Shown here in pieces: positions 16,155 through 24,485 of a stretch of 32,000 nt of DNA; within the stretch, counting starts at the first letter, position 1; every line of letters begins with the position of its first letter. A program made the translations under genes and the position numbers. Source of the stretch: Peptoniphilaceae bacterium. GTDB taxonomy: Bacteria; Bacillota; Clostridia; Tissierellales; Peptoniphilaceae. Under the pieces are notes generated by a model. It ran no database searches. It had not been told where the DNA came from and saw only the letters and a list, made by a program, of their open reading frames with translations. The DNA lies in NCBI GenBank assembly GCA_028723425.1, contig JAQYEZ010000044.1, positions 1 to 32,000 of the forward strand. The letters are read 5' to 3'.

Positions 16155-16770
16155 AATTAAAAATATTTCTAAAAAAATTGACGGTAACTTAGTTCTAAAT
16201 GATATAAGTCTTGTCTTAGACTATGGTAATATCTACGGCCTTTATGGAGAAAATGGAAGTGGAAAAACCATGCTTTTTCGTGCCATATGTGGTTTTATTA
16301 CTTTAGATAGGGGAGAGATTGTTATAGATGGCAAAAAATTAAATAATAACGATTTTGTCAATGATTTGGGAATTTTATTAGAAAATCCATCATTTATAAA
16401 CGGTTTATCTGGATTTATGAATTTAAAAATGATAGCATCAATTTTAAAAAAGGCAGATGATAAGAGAATAATAGAAGTGCTAAAGAAAGTCGGTCTTTAT
16501 GAGGCAAAAGATAAACTTTATAAAAAATATTCCTTAGGTATGAAGCAAAGACTAGCCATTGCCAATGTAATTTTAGAAGATCCCAAGATTATTATATTAG
16601 ATGAACCGACAAACGCCATAGACAAGGCTGGAAAAGAATTATTAAAAAATATAATTTTAGAAGAAAAAAAGAAGAAAAAGTTAATATTAATAGCTAGTCA
16701 TGAAAAAGATTTTATAGAAGAAATTTCTGACTATCTTTATGAAATGAATAGTGGAAAGATAATCAAGTAA
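16147..16770 (+). CDS. ABC transporter ATP-binding protein, short (207 aa), BcrA/LanF-like signature
   Basis: Walker A GENGSGKT, signature variant YSLGMKQRLAIA, Walker B IIILDEPTNAID, and H-loop ASHE. The ATG at 16147 follows GGGAG and overlaps the upstream stop (ATGATTGA). Confidence 0.88.
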   Translation: MIEIKNISKKIDGNLVLNDISLVLDYGNIYGLYGENGSGKTMLFRAICGFITLDRGEIVIDGKKLNNNDFVNDLGILLENPSFINGLSGFMNLKMIASILKKADDKRIIEVLKKVGLYEAKDKLYKKYSLGMKQRLAIANVILEDPKIIILDEPTNAIDKAGKELLKNIILEEKKKKKLILIASHEKDFIEEISDYLYEMNSGKIIK

Positions 16771-16820
16771 AATGAATTTTGTGCCTATTATAGATATTTA
16801 ATAAAAAATTAATCTTCTTT

Positions 16821-16856
16821 CCTAGAAAGACCCTGTATAGCTAGGGCTTTTCTAGG
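16821..16856. terminator. Imperfect hairpin between convergent genes (possible bidirectional terminator, no clean U-tract)
   Basis: CCTAGAAAG-a-CCCT...AGGG-c-TTTTCTAGG. Confidence 0.35.
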
Positions 16857-16899
16857 TAAAGCCTATCATTTTTAAAATTTTTTAACTTTATAGCACTTT

Positions 16900-17274
16900 T
16901 TAATGCTTAACTATTTCATTTGGTTTTTTTATATATCTTTGATGAATACCTTTGCCTATGATTGTATCGCCACATAAGCATGTAACAGAAAAAATCAGCC
17001 TTTTTTTCTTTATTTCTATGAGTTCACTTTCACACTTTATAAGACTACCTATCTTGGCACTTGCCAAATGTTTTATATCAAAAGCTATACCTACAGTTGT
17101 TTGATCATTTTCAAGGTATTTTGCTACAGAATCTCTACAAGTATATTCCATGAAAGCTATCATTGAAGGTGAAGATAGGACGTCAACACCTTTATTTCCT
17201 AATTTGTCAGCAGAATCATTTTCAAGTACTTCTTTTTCTTTATAACCTTTAATACCAATTTCTAAATTTTTCAT
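16900..17274 (-). CDS. Hotdog-fold thioesterase (FlK / COG5496-like)
   Basis: 124 aa. The pattern DVLSSPSMIAFMEYTCRD...TVGIAFDIKHLASAKIG...I.GKG.H.R is as in FlK-family thioesterases. Confidence 0.7.
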   Translation of the reverse strand: MKNLEIGIKGYKEKEVLENDSADKLGNKGVDVLSSPSMIAFMEYTCRDSVAKYLENDQTTVGIAFDIKHLASAKIGSLIKCESELIEIKKKRLIFSVTCLCGDTIIGKGIHQRYIKKPNEIVKH

Positions 17275-17326
17275 TTTATCCCCCTATACTTAAACTTTAC
17301 CCATATTTTATGATAGATTTATTGAA

Positions 17327-17355
17327 TTGACAAATGTTTAAAAATACTGTATCTT
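17327..17355 (+). promoter_or_regulatory. Candidate promoter of the Fur-family regulator gene
   Basis: TTGACA (17327-17332), 17-nt spacer, TATCTT (17350-17355). Confidence 0.4.
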
Positions 17356-17391
17356 AGAAATAGAAAGATTCAATGTTGGAAAGAGGAAGAG

Positions 17392-17856
17392 ATGAAAGAT
17401 CGTTTGGCACCTTTGGTTAACGAACCTAAAGAGATTAGATACCAAAAATTAAAAGATGTTTTAAAAGAACACAAGATAAGGGTATCTCATCAAAGATTAA
17501 TGATTTTAGATTATCTGCTTTGCAGTGACATACATCCAACAGCCGATGAAATATTTCAAAACTTAAAATTAAAAGATCCTGTTTTATCTCAAGCCACAGT
17601 TTACAACACCCTAAATTTGCTTGTAAACCATAATTTAATTTCAGAGTTGGATTTTAACCAACCAAGCAAGAGATATGATTTTTATAGTTACCACCATTCT
17701 CATTTTTTGTGTGAATCATGTGGAAAGATAATAGATTTAGATATAGATGAAAAAGATTTGAGATTTAAAGAGCTTGAGGGTTACCAAATAGATAATATAG
17801 AAGTAATTATTAGAGGAATTTGCCCTGATTGCAAGGCGGGTCAGCAGAAAGTATAG
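17392..17856 (+). CDS. perR: Fur-family transcriptional repressor, PerR-like
   Basis: Winged-helix region with HPTADEIF and ATVYNTL. Metal-site residues HHSH. Two CxxC pairs (CESCG, CPDC). Confidence 0.65.
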   Translation: MKDRLAPLVNEPKEIRYQKLKDVLKEHKIRVSHQRLMILDYLLCSDIHPTADEIFQNLKLKDPVLSQATVYNTLNLLVNHNLISELDFNQPSKRYDFYSYHHSHFLCESCGKIIDLDIDEKDLRFKELEGYQIDNIEVIIRGICPDCKAGQQKV

Positions 17857-17894
17857 GGCTTTCTTTTTTAGGTTGTTAACATTTAAAAATTAAA

Positions 17895-17929
17895 GGGGTT
17901 CTTTTAGAGTTATAGTCTCAAAGAACCCC
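17895..17929. terminator. Bidirectional terminator between perR-like (+) and tdk (-)
   Basis: Perfect 10-bp stem GGGGTTCTTT (17895-17904) / AAAGAACCCC (17920-17929), with T-rich flanks on both strands. Confidence 0.75.
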
Positions 17930-17935
17930 ATATTT

Positions 17936-18547
17936 TTATTCTTTTAATTGGTCTATAGAAATTTGATTTTTAATTTTTTCTCTTTCTTCCATTTTTTTAG
18001 TATAGCAAGATCTACATAAGGGTTCATAGATATCTTCTGCACCTATTTGAATTCTTGATTCGTCAGCGTTTTTTCTAAATGACACCCAAGCGTCTTCACC
18101 ACATGATGCACAGATAGCGTGATGCTTTACTAATTCATCGGCTATAGGCATTATTTCTTTAATTATTTCAAAGGGCCTTGCCTTGTAATCCAAATCTAGG
18201 CCAGAAACAACAATTGTAATGTCTTTTTTCATTAGCTCGTTAAAGATTTTTATTACCTCTTCCGGTGAATTTGGGAAAAATTGTAATTCATCTATACCAA
18301 TTCCATCAACTTCATTATTTTTTGTGTATACTAGTATTTCATTCAAATCATCAATTTTGTGAGCATCTAGTTCTAGGTTGTCATGTGAAACTATTTTTTT
18401 ATCGTCATGTCTTATATCTACCGAAGGCTTGAAGGCAACAACCTTATAAGAGGCAATTTTCATCCTATAAAGTTCTCTCCAAAGTGAGGTGGTTTTGCCT
18501 GAAAACATAGAACCAGTATGAACTATCAATTTACCTTGTTTTTTCAT
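17936..18547 (-). CDS. tdk: Thymidine kinase
   Basis: P-loop GSMFSGKT, DELQFF, and C-terminal zinc ribbon CASCG...CRSCY. Confidence 0.92.
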   Translation of the reverse strand: MKKQGKLIVHTGSMFSGKTTSLWRELYRMKIASYKVVAFKPSVDIRHDDKKIVSHDNLELDAHKIDDLNEILVYTKNNEVDGIGIDELQFFPNSPEEVIKIFNELMKKDITIVVSGLDLDYKARPFEIIKEIMPIADELVKHHAICASCGEDAWVSFRKNADESRIQIGAEDIYEPLCRSCYTKKMEEREKIKNQISIDQLKE

Positions 18548-18558
18548 AAAAACCTCAA

Positions 18559-19656
18559 TTAAACGTTAAATTTGAAGTTGGTAACATCGCCATCTTGCAT
18601 GATATAATCCTTGCCTTCCATCCTCAAAAGGCCTTTTTCTTTTACGGCATTCATATTGCCATTGGCTATAAGGTCTTCATATGAAACTATTTCGGCCTTA
18701 ATAAAACCTCTTTGGATATCGGTATGGATTTTTCCAGCAGCCTCAACTGCCTTAGTTCCTTTTTTTATAGTCCATGCTCTAGTTTCATCACTACCTGTGG
18801 TCAAAAAAGATATGAGGTTTAAAGTCTTATATGAGTTTTTTATAACTTCATCACAGCCAGAACTTTCTAGGCCTATCATTTGGAGAAATTCTTTTTTCTC
18901 TTGATCATTATCTAATTCTGATATCTCTTCTTCAATTTTTGCAGAAACAACAGTTACCTCCGCATTTTCTTCTTTGGCAAAGTCTCTTACTTTTTGAACA
19001 TAAGGATTAGAATTACCATTATCCTTAACGTCTTCTTCGTTTACATTGCAAACATAAATGATTGGTTTGGTTGAAAGAAGTTGATAGGCTCTTAAAAGCT
19101 TTTGGTCATCATCATTTAAGTCTAAAACTCTGGCAGATTTTCCATCTTCCAAAACTTCTTTAATCTTTTTTAATAAAGAAACTTCAGATCTAACAGTTTT
19201 ATCTGACCTTGCTACTTTTTCTCTTTTTTGTAGGACCTTTTCTACAAGGTCAAGGTCTGCAAAAATCAACTCTAAGTTTATAGTTTCAATATCTCTTAAA
19301 GGATCTACTGAACCATCAACATGGCTTACATTTTCATCATCAAAACACCTTAATACTTCTACAATTGCATCAGTCTCACGAATGTTTGATAAAAATTGAT
19401 TGCCTAGGCCTTCTCCTTTAGAAGCTCCTCTTACAAGACCTGCTATGTCATAAAATTCTATAGCTGCTGGGACAGTTTTTTTTGAATTATTCATTTTGCT
19501 AAGAACATCAACTCTTTCATCTGGTACATTAACTAGACCAATATTTGGGTCTATAGTACAGAAGGGATAGTTTGCTATTTCTGCTCCTGCCTTGGTAATG
19601 GCATTAAATAAAGTTGATTTTCCAACATTGGGTAAACCTACTATTCCTAATTTCAT
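18559..19656 (-). CDS. ychF: Redox-regulated ribosome-binding ATPase YchF
   Basis: G1 motif GIVGLPNVGKSTLFNA, NVNE, and C-terminal TGS-like RAWTIKKGTKAVEAAGKIHTDIQRGFIKAEIV. 365 aa. Confidence 0.93.
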   Translation of the reverse strand: MKLGIVGLPNVGKSTLFNAITKAGAEIANYPFCTIDPNIGLVNVPDERVDVLSKMNNSKKTVPAAIEFYDIAGLVRGASKGEGLGNQFLSNIRETDAIVEVLRCFDDENVSHVDGSVDPLRDIETINLELIFADLDLVEKVLQKREKVARSDKTVRSEVSLLKKIKEVLEDGKSARVLDLNDDDQKLLRAYQLLSTKPIIYVCNVNEEDVKDNGNSNPYVQKVRDFAKEENAEVTVVSAKIEEEISELDNDQEKKEFLQMIGLESSGCDEVIKNSYKTLNLISFLTTGSDETRAWTIKKGTKAVEAAGKIHTDIQRGFIKAEIVSYEDLIANGNMNAVKEKGLLRMEGKDYIMQDGDVTNFKFNV

Positions 19657-19702
19657 TTAATCACTCTTTCTTTTTTATATTTTTACTTGTATTGCTCGTT
19701 AT

Positions 19703-19731
19703 ATTATATTAGTCTGTGGCCAAAAAATCAA
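19703..19731 (-). promoter_or_regulatory. Candidate promoter of ychF-tdk
   Basis: On the minus strand: TTGATT (19731-19726), 17-nt spacer, TATAAT (19708-19703). Confidence 0.5.
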
Positions 19732-19760
19732 TTTAAGAAAACTTAAAAGATTGGTATAAT
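19732..19760 (+). promoter_or_regulatory. Candidate extended -10 promoter of the aminopeptidase P-uvrC-hprK unit
   Basis: TGG-TATAAT (19752-19760) with a weak -35 (TTTAAG). Confidence 0.45.
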
Positions 19761-19793
19761 GAATATATTAATAAGCAAATAAAGGAGTTTTTC

Positions 19794-21563
19794 ATGAGTA
19801 TACATAACAGACTAGAAAAGTTAAGAAAATTGATGAAGGATAGAAATATTGATGCCTATATTATTCCGACTTCTGATCCTCACCAATCTGAATATATTTC
19901 CGATTATTATAAAACTAGAGAATATATATCTGGATTTACAGGTTCTGCAGGTACTGCTGTTGTAACTATGGACAAGGCTGGCCTTTGGACAGATGCAAGA
20001 TATTTTTTACAAGCAGAAAAAGAATTGGCAAATACTGAATTTCATTTATATAAAATGGGTATTGAAGGTGAGATGAGCCTTGAAGAATTTTTACTAGAAG
20101 AAGTTAGAGAGTTTGGTAAAATTGGCTTTGATGGTAATTGTTTTTCTGTAAGTGATTATAAAAATTTAAGTGAAAAAATGGGATCTAGAGCCTTAGTATA
20201 TGATATTGACTATATATCACAAATTTGGGCTGATAGACCAGATCTTCCAAAAAATCCTGTTTGGATTTTTGATGAGAAATATGTAGGAGAAAGTTTTGAA
20301 TCAAAACTAAAAAGATTAAGAGATAAAATGGATGATCTTGGTTGTGATTATACTTTTATTGGTGCACCAGAAGACATTTGTTATCTTTTAAATATTAGGG
20401 GAGGCGATGTAGAGTATACTCCTGTTGTTCTTTCTTACCTATTAGTTTCACATGAAAGTGTTCATTTGTGCATAGATAGGGATAAATTAACTAGCGATGT
20501 TTTAAAATATCTTGATGAGAAAAGGGTAAAAATCCATAACTATTCATATATTACAGATCTTATGAAACAAATTAAGGGAAAAAATTGGATTTACCTTGAT
20601 CCAGATAGAACAAATGTAAATATCTATGATTCAATTAACTCCAATGTACGTGTTAAATTAGGTTTAAATATAACATCTTCTATGAAAGCTATAAAAAATG
20701 AAATAGAACTTGAAAATCAAAAAGAGGCTTACCTAATTGATTGTGCAAGTTTGGTTAAATTCTTTAACTGGGTAAAAATCGGGACAAGAACTGGAGCTTT
20801 AACTGAACTTATAGCTAGTAAAAAACTCCATGATATTAGAGCTGAAAATGAAACATTTATAGATGATTCTTTTGAAACAATTGCAGGCTTTGCAGAAAAT
20901 GCAGCCATAGTTCACTATGCTCCTTCAAATTTAGGCTCAAAAACTTTAGGAGAAAAAGGAATGCTTTTGGTAGATTCTGGGGCCCATTATAAGCAAGGGA
21001 CAACAGATATTACTAGAACCATAGCACTTGGAAAATTAACAGAAGAAGAGAAAAACGACTATACTTTAGTTTTAAAAAGCTTTATTGCCATTATGACTGC
21101 TAAATTTAAAAATAAGACTAACGGAGAAAGGTTAGATATGATAGCAAGATATCCTCTATGGAAGGCTGGAAAAGACTTCTTGCACTCAACAGGCCATGGA
21201 GTTGGCTATGTTTTATCTGTTCATGAAGGTCCACAAAGAATAGGAGATAAAAATCAAGTAGAATTTGTTGAAAACATGACTACATCTATAGAACCTGGTC
21301 TTTATATTGCTGGCAAGCACGGAATAAGGATAGAAAATGAAGTATATGTAAAAGAAGATTTTGTAAATGAATTTGGTAGATTTATGAGATTTGAAAATTT
21401 AACATATCTTCCTATAGATACTGCTCCTATAAATATAGATATGCTAGATATGTGGGAGATAGAATGGCTAAATTCATATAATAAAAAATGTCAAGAGCTA
21501 TTAAGTCCATATCTTGATGGAAGTGATTTGGAATATTTGAAAGAGAGTTGTAAAGAAATTTGA
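19794..21563 (+). CDS. Xaa-Pro aminopeptidase (M24B, aminopeptidase P family, long form with N-terminal creatinase-like domains)
   Basis: M24 metal-ligand context VDSGAHY..GTTDITRT, HSTGHGVG, EPGLY and RIENEV. 589 aa. Confidence 0.85.
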   Translation: MSIHNRLEKLRKLMKDRNIDAYIIPTSDPHQSEYISDYYKTREYISGFTGSAGTAVVTMDKAGLWTDARYFLQAEKELANTEFHLYKMGIEGEMSLEEFLLEEVREFGKIGFDGNCFSVSDYKNLSEKMGSRALVYDIDYISQIWADRPDLPKNPVWIFDEKYVGESFESKLKRLRDKMDDLGCDYTFIGAPEDICYLLNIRGGDVEYTPVVLSYLLVSHESVHLCIDRDKLTSDVLKYLDEKRVKIHNYSYITDLMKQIKGKNWIYLDPDRTNVNIYDSINSNVRVKLGLNITSSMKAIKNEIELENQKEAYLIDCASLVKFFNWVKIGTRTGALTELIASKKLHDIRAENETFIDDSFETIAGFAENAAIVHYAPSNLGSKTLGEKGMLLVDSGAHYKQGTTDITRTIALGKLTEEEKNDYTLVLKSFIAIMTAKFKNKTNGERLDMIARYPLWKAGKDFLHSTGHGVGYVLSVHEGPQRIGDKNQVEFVENMTTSIEPGLYIAGKHGIRIENEVYVKEDFVNEFGRFMRFENLTYLPIDTAPINIDMLDMWEIEWLNSYNKKCQELLSPYLDGSDLEYLKESCKEI

Positions 21564-23404
21564 TTAATAATCAATTAAAGGAGAAACTAAAAGGCCTACC
21601 CGATTTACCTGGAGTTTATATTATGAAAAATGACCAGGGGCAAATTATCTATGTGGGTAAGGCTATCAATCTTAAAAAGAGAGTAAGACAATATTTTGAT
21701 AACAACAAAAATAAGGGCAGAAAAGTTCTGGCTATGGTAAGCCACATAGATGATTTTGAATATATAATTGTAGAAAATGAAGTGGAAGCCTTAGTTTTAG
21801 AGTCAAATTTAATTAAGAAAAATAGACCAAGATACAATATTGTCTTGAGGGATGACAAGCAATATCCCTATATAAAAATAACTAGAGAAAAATATCCTAG
21901 AATACAAAAAGTTAGATCTGTTGCCAAGGATAGGGCCTATTACTATGGACCCTATCCAGATGCATACGCAGTTAATGACGCTATAGAATTATTTCACATA
22001 CTTTATCCCATAAGAACTTGCAATTTAAATTTTGATAAGGGCCAAAGACTTGATAGACCTTGTCTGAATTATTTTATCCATAGATGTAAGGCTCCTTGTA
22101 TTGACAAGGAAGATGAAGCGCTTTATATGGGAAATATTAAAAAAGTCAAGAATTTTTTAGAAAATAAGTCAGATGAAATTTCAAATAAGGTAATTAGCAT
22201 TATGAATCAAGCATCAAAGAATTTGGAGTTTGAAAAAGCTGCAAGATACAGAGATTTTCACAGGGCTCTTAGTGTTATTTCTGCCAAACAAAAAGTAACA
22301 GATCTTAAGGCGGAAGAATACGACATCATTGCCCTTGCAAAGGGCTTATCTTATGTATGCGTTCAAGTTTTTCTTATGAGAGATGGTAAACTTGTTGATA
22401 GGCAACATTTTATGATTAAAGATGTCTACAGGGAAGATAAGGCTGATATTATGGCTACTTTCATAAAACAATTTTATCTAGATATAATGTATATACCAAA
22501 GGAAATTTTACTTCAGGTAGAGCCAAGGGACTTTAAAGTTATTGGAGATTTTCTAGATCAAAAAAAGAAAGCTAAGGTAAAAATCACCCTACCAAAATTA
22601 GGCAAGAAAAAAGAACTTGTAGATATGGCCTATAGAAATGCTAAAGAAATGGTGGAAAAATATGAGGATAGGATTGATAAAAGAGAAAGAAAGAAAAATG
22701 CTGGCCTAAAGGGTCTACAAAAGATTTTAAATATTGACAATCTTTCAAGAATAGAATGTTATGATATATCAAATACAGCTGGCGTCATGTCTGTAGGATC
22801 TATGGTCGTATTTGAAAATGGCAAACCCAATCCAAAAGAATATAGAAAATTTAGAATTCAAACAGTAAAAGGTCCAGATGATTATGCTTCCCATAGGGAA
22901 GTTCTAAGTAGAAGACTAAATAGGGCAAAGACTGATAAGGGAAAAACTAAAACAGGTTTTGTACACTTGCCAAATCTTATTTTGATGGATGGTGGTAAAG
23001 GGCAAGTTTCTGTTGCCAAAGATGTTGTGGCAAAGTCTGGATTTACAATTGAAGTTGCAGGCCTTGTAAAAGATAATAAGCATACAACAAGAGCAATAAT
23101 CTATAATAATAAAGAAATACCAATCAAAAAAACTGATCCAGTTTATAAATTTATTTATCAAATTCAAGAAGAGGCTCATAGATTTGCCATAAATTATCAC
23201 AGAAAATTAAGGGAAAAATCTATGAAAGAGTCAGAACTTGATAAAATTAAGGGCGTTGGGGAAAAAACAAAGATTAATTTGTACAGACATTTTAAGACTA
23301 TATCAAATATGAAAAAAGCAAGTGTGGAAGAATTAATGGAAGTTCCTCTTGTAGGCAAAAAGCAAGCACTGGAGATATACCAGTACTTTAGATTAAACAA
23401 ATAG
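21560..23404 (+). CDS. uvrC: Excinuclease ABC subunit C
   Basis: GIY-YIG domain (PGVYIMKN...IIYVGKAINLKKRV), UVR domain (FEKAARYRD), and C-terminal HhH. The TTG start overlaps the upstream TGA (TTGA). There is no in-frame ATG upstream of the GIY-YIG motif. Confidence 0.9.
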   Translation: MINNQLKEKLKGLPDLPGVYIMKNDQGQIIYVGKAINLKKRVRQYFDNNKNKGRKVLAMVSHIDDFEYIIVENEVEALVLESNLIKKNRPRYNIVLRDDKQYPYIKITREKYPRIQKVRSVAKDRAYYYGPYPDAYAVNDAIELFHILYPIRTCNLNFDKGQRLDRPCLNYFIHRCKAPCIDKEDEALYMGNIKKVKNFLENKSDEISNKVISIMNQASKNLEFEKAARYRDFHRALSVISAKQKVTDLKAEEYDIIALAKGLSYVCVQVFLMRDGKLVDRQHFMIKDVYREDKADIMATFIKQFYLDIMYIPKEILLQVEPRDFKVIGDFLDQKKKAKVKITLPKLGKKKELVDMAYRNAKEMVEKYEDRIDKRERKKNAGLKGLQKILNIDNLSRIECYDISNTAGVMSVGSMVVFENGKPNPKEYRKFRIQTVKGPDDYASHREVLSRRLNRAKTDKGKTKTGFVHLPNLILMDGGKGQVSVAKDVVAKSGFTIEVAGLVKDNKHTTRAIIYNNKEIPIKKTDPVYKFIYQIQEEAHRFAINYHRKLREKSMKESELDKIKGVGEKTKINLYRHFKTISNMKKASVEELMEVPLVGKKQALEIYQYFRLNK

Positions 23405-23417
23405 ATTAGGAGTATTT

Positions 23418-24362
23418 ATGACACATCAAAATACCGTAAAACTTAGCCGTGTAGTCGAAGCTTGCGGCTTAGAAATTGTAAATAAGTCATCTGATTATGA
23501 TCAAATAGAGCTTACTAGTCCAGATATTAACAGACCAGGATTGCAACTTGCAGGATATTTGGAAGAATTTCCCTATAAAAGATTACAAATAATAGGTTCG
23601 GTAGAATATACTTACCTAACAAGTCTTGACAATAGGATGCAATATGAAAGATTTAGGGGCATCCTTTCTTACAAAATTCCTGCTATTATTTTTACCTATG
23701 GTGTAGATTTACCAAAGGATATAATGGATCTTGCTAATTACTATGACACAACTCTTTTAAGGAGTGAAAAAGCTACCACAAAACTAACATCAATTATTTC
23801 TCAAGAGCTAGAATATGCCTTTGCAGAAAAAACTAATGTCCATGGTGAGCTTTTGGAAGTATTCGGTGTGGGAGTTTTGATAATTGGAGAGTCTTCAGTA
23901 GGTAAAAGTGAAACAGCATTAGATTTAGTTAATAGAGGCCATAGGCTAGTTGCAGATGACGTTGTAGATATAATTGCCTATGATAATAGGCTAAGTGGTA
24001 AGTCTCCAGAAAATATCAGACATTACACAGAGATAAGGGGACTTGGAATTATAGATGTTAGAAGACTATATGGAACAGGAGCTGTAAAAGTTTCTACAGA
24101 TATAGATATGGTAATAGAACTTGAACACTGGAGAGAGGATTATGAGTATGATAGGTTAGGACTTGATGATACTTATACTACAATTTTAGGTGTAGAGATT
24201 CCAAAAATTCTTATACCAGTAAGAGCAGGCAGAAATATCGCTTTAATAGTAGAAGTAGCAGCTATGAACCAAAGAGAGAAGTCCATGGGTTATAATGCAG
24301 CAAAGGTTATGACAGATAATTTGTTTAAATCAATTAATTCTGGGAATGATAAAATAGACTAA
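23418..24362 (+). CDS. hprK: HPr kinase/phosphorylase
   Basis: Walker A GESSVGKSETALDL, LVADDVV, and signature EIRGLGIIDV. AGGAG RBS. Confidence 0.93.
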   Translation: MTHQNTVKLSRVVEACGLEIVNKSSDYDQIELTSPDINRPGLQLAGYLEEFPYKRLQIIGSVEYTYLTSLDNRMQYERFRGILSYKIPAIIFTYGVDLPKDIMDLANYYDTTLLRSEKATTKLTSIISQELEYAFAEKTNVHGELLEVFGVGVLIIGESSVGKSETALDLVNRGHRLVADDVVDIIAYDNRLSGKSPENIRHYTEIRGLGIIDVRRLYGTGAVKVSTDIDMVIELEHWREDYEYDRLGLDDTYTTILGVEIPKILIPVRAGRNIALIVEVAAMNQREKSMGYNAAKVMTDNLFKSINSGNDKID

Positions 24363-24406
24363 TAAAGTAGGATATAGAAAATAAAAATAATTTTTTATAA
24401 GTATAC

Positions 24407-24435
24407 TTGACTAAAATAACAAACTTCACTATACT
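24407..24435 (+). promoter_or_regulatory. Sigma-A promoter of the PFOR gene
   Basis: TTGACT (24407-24412), 17-nt spacer, TATACT (24430-24435). Confidence 0.55.
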
Positions 24436-24485
24436 GAAAATAGTGTTAACGGTAATTGACTCATATAATTTTACAGGAGGTCTAT

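Noticed and set aside
16655-16685. A long A/G-rich run (GAAGAAAAAAAGAAGAAAAAG) inside the ABC ATPase gene, considered as a possible slippery or frameshift site or a phase-variable tract.
   Set aside because: The reading frame is continuous through it, encoding EEKKKKKL, and the downstream H-loop region is in frame. There is no evidence of frameshifting.
24444-24457. A possible CcpA cre site, TGTTAACGGTAATT, just downstream of the PFOR -10 box and next to hprK.
   Set aside because: It mismatches the cre consensus (TGWAANCGNTNWCA) at three specified positions, including the 3' CA. Matches of this quality are expected by chance in AT-rich DNA.
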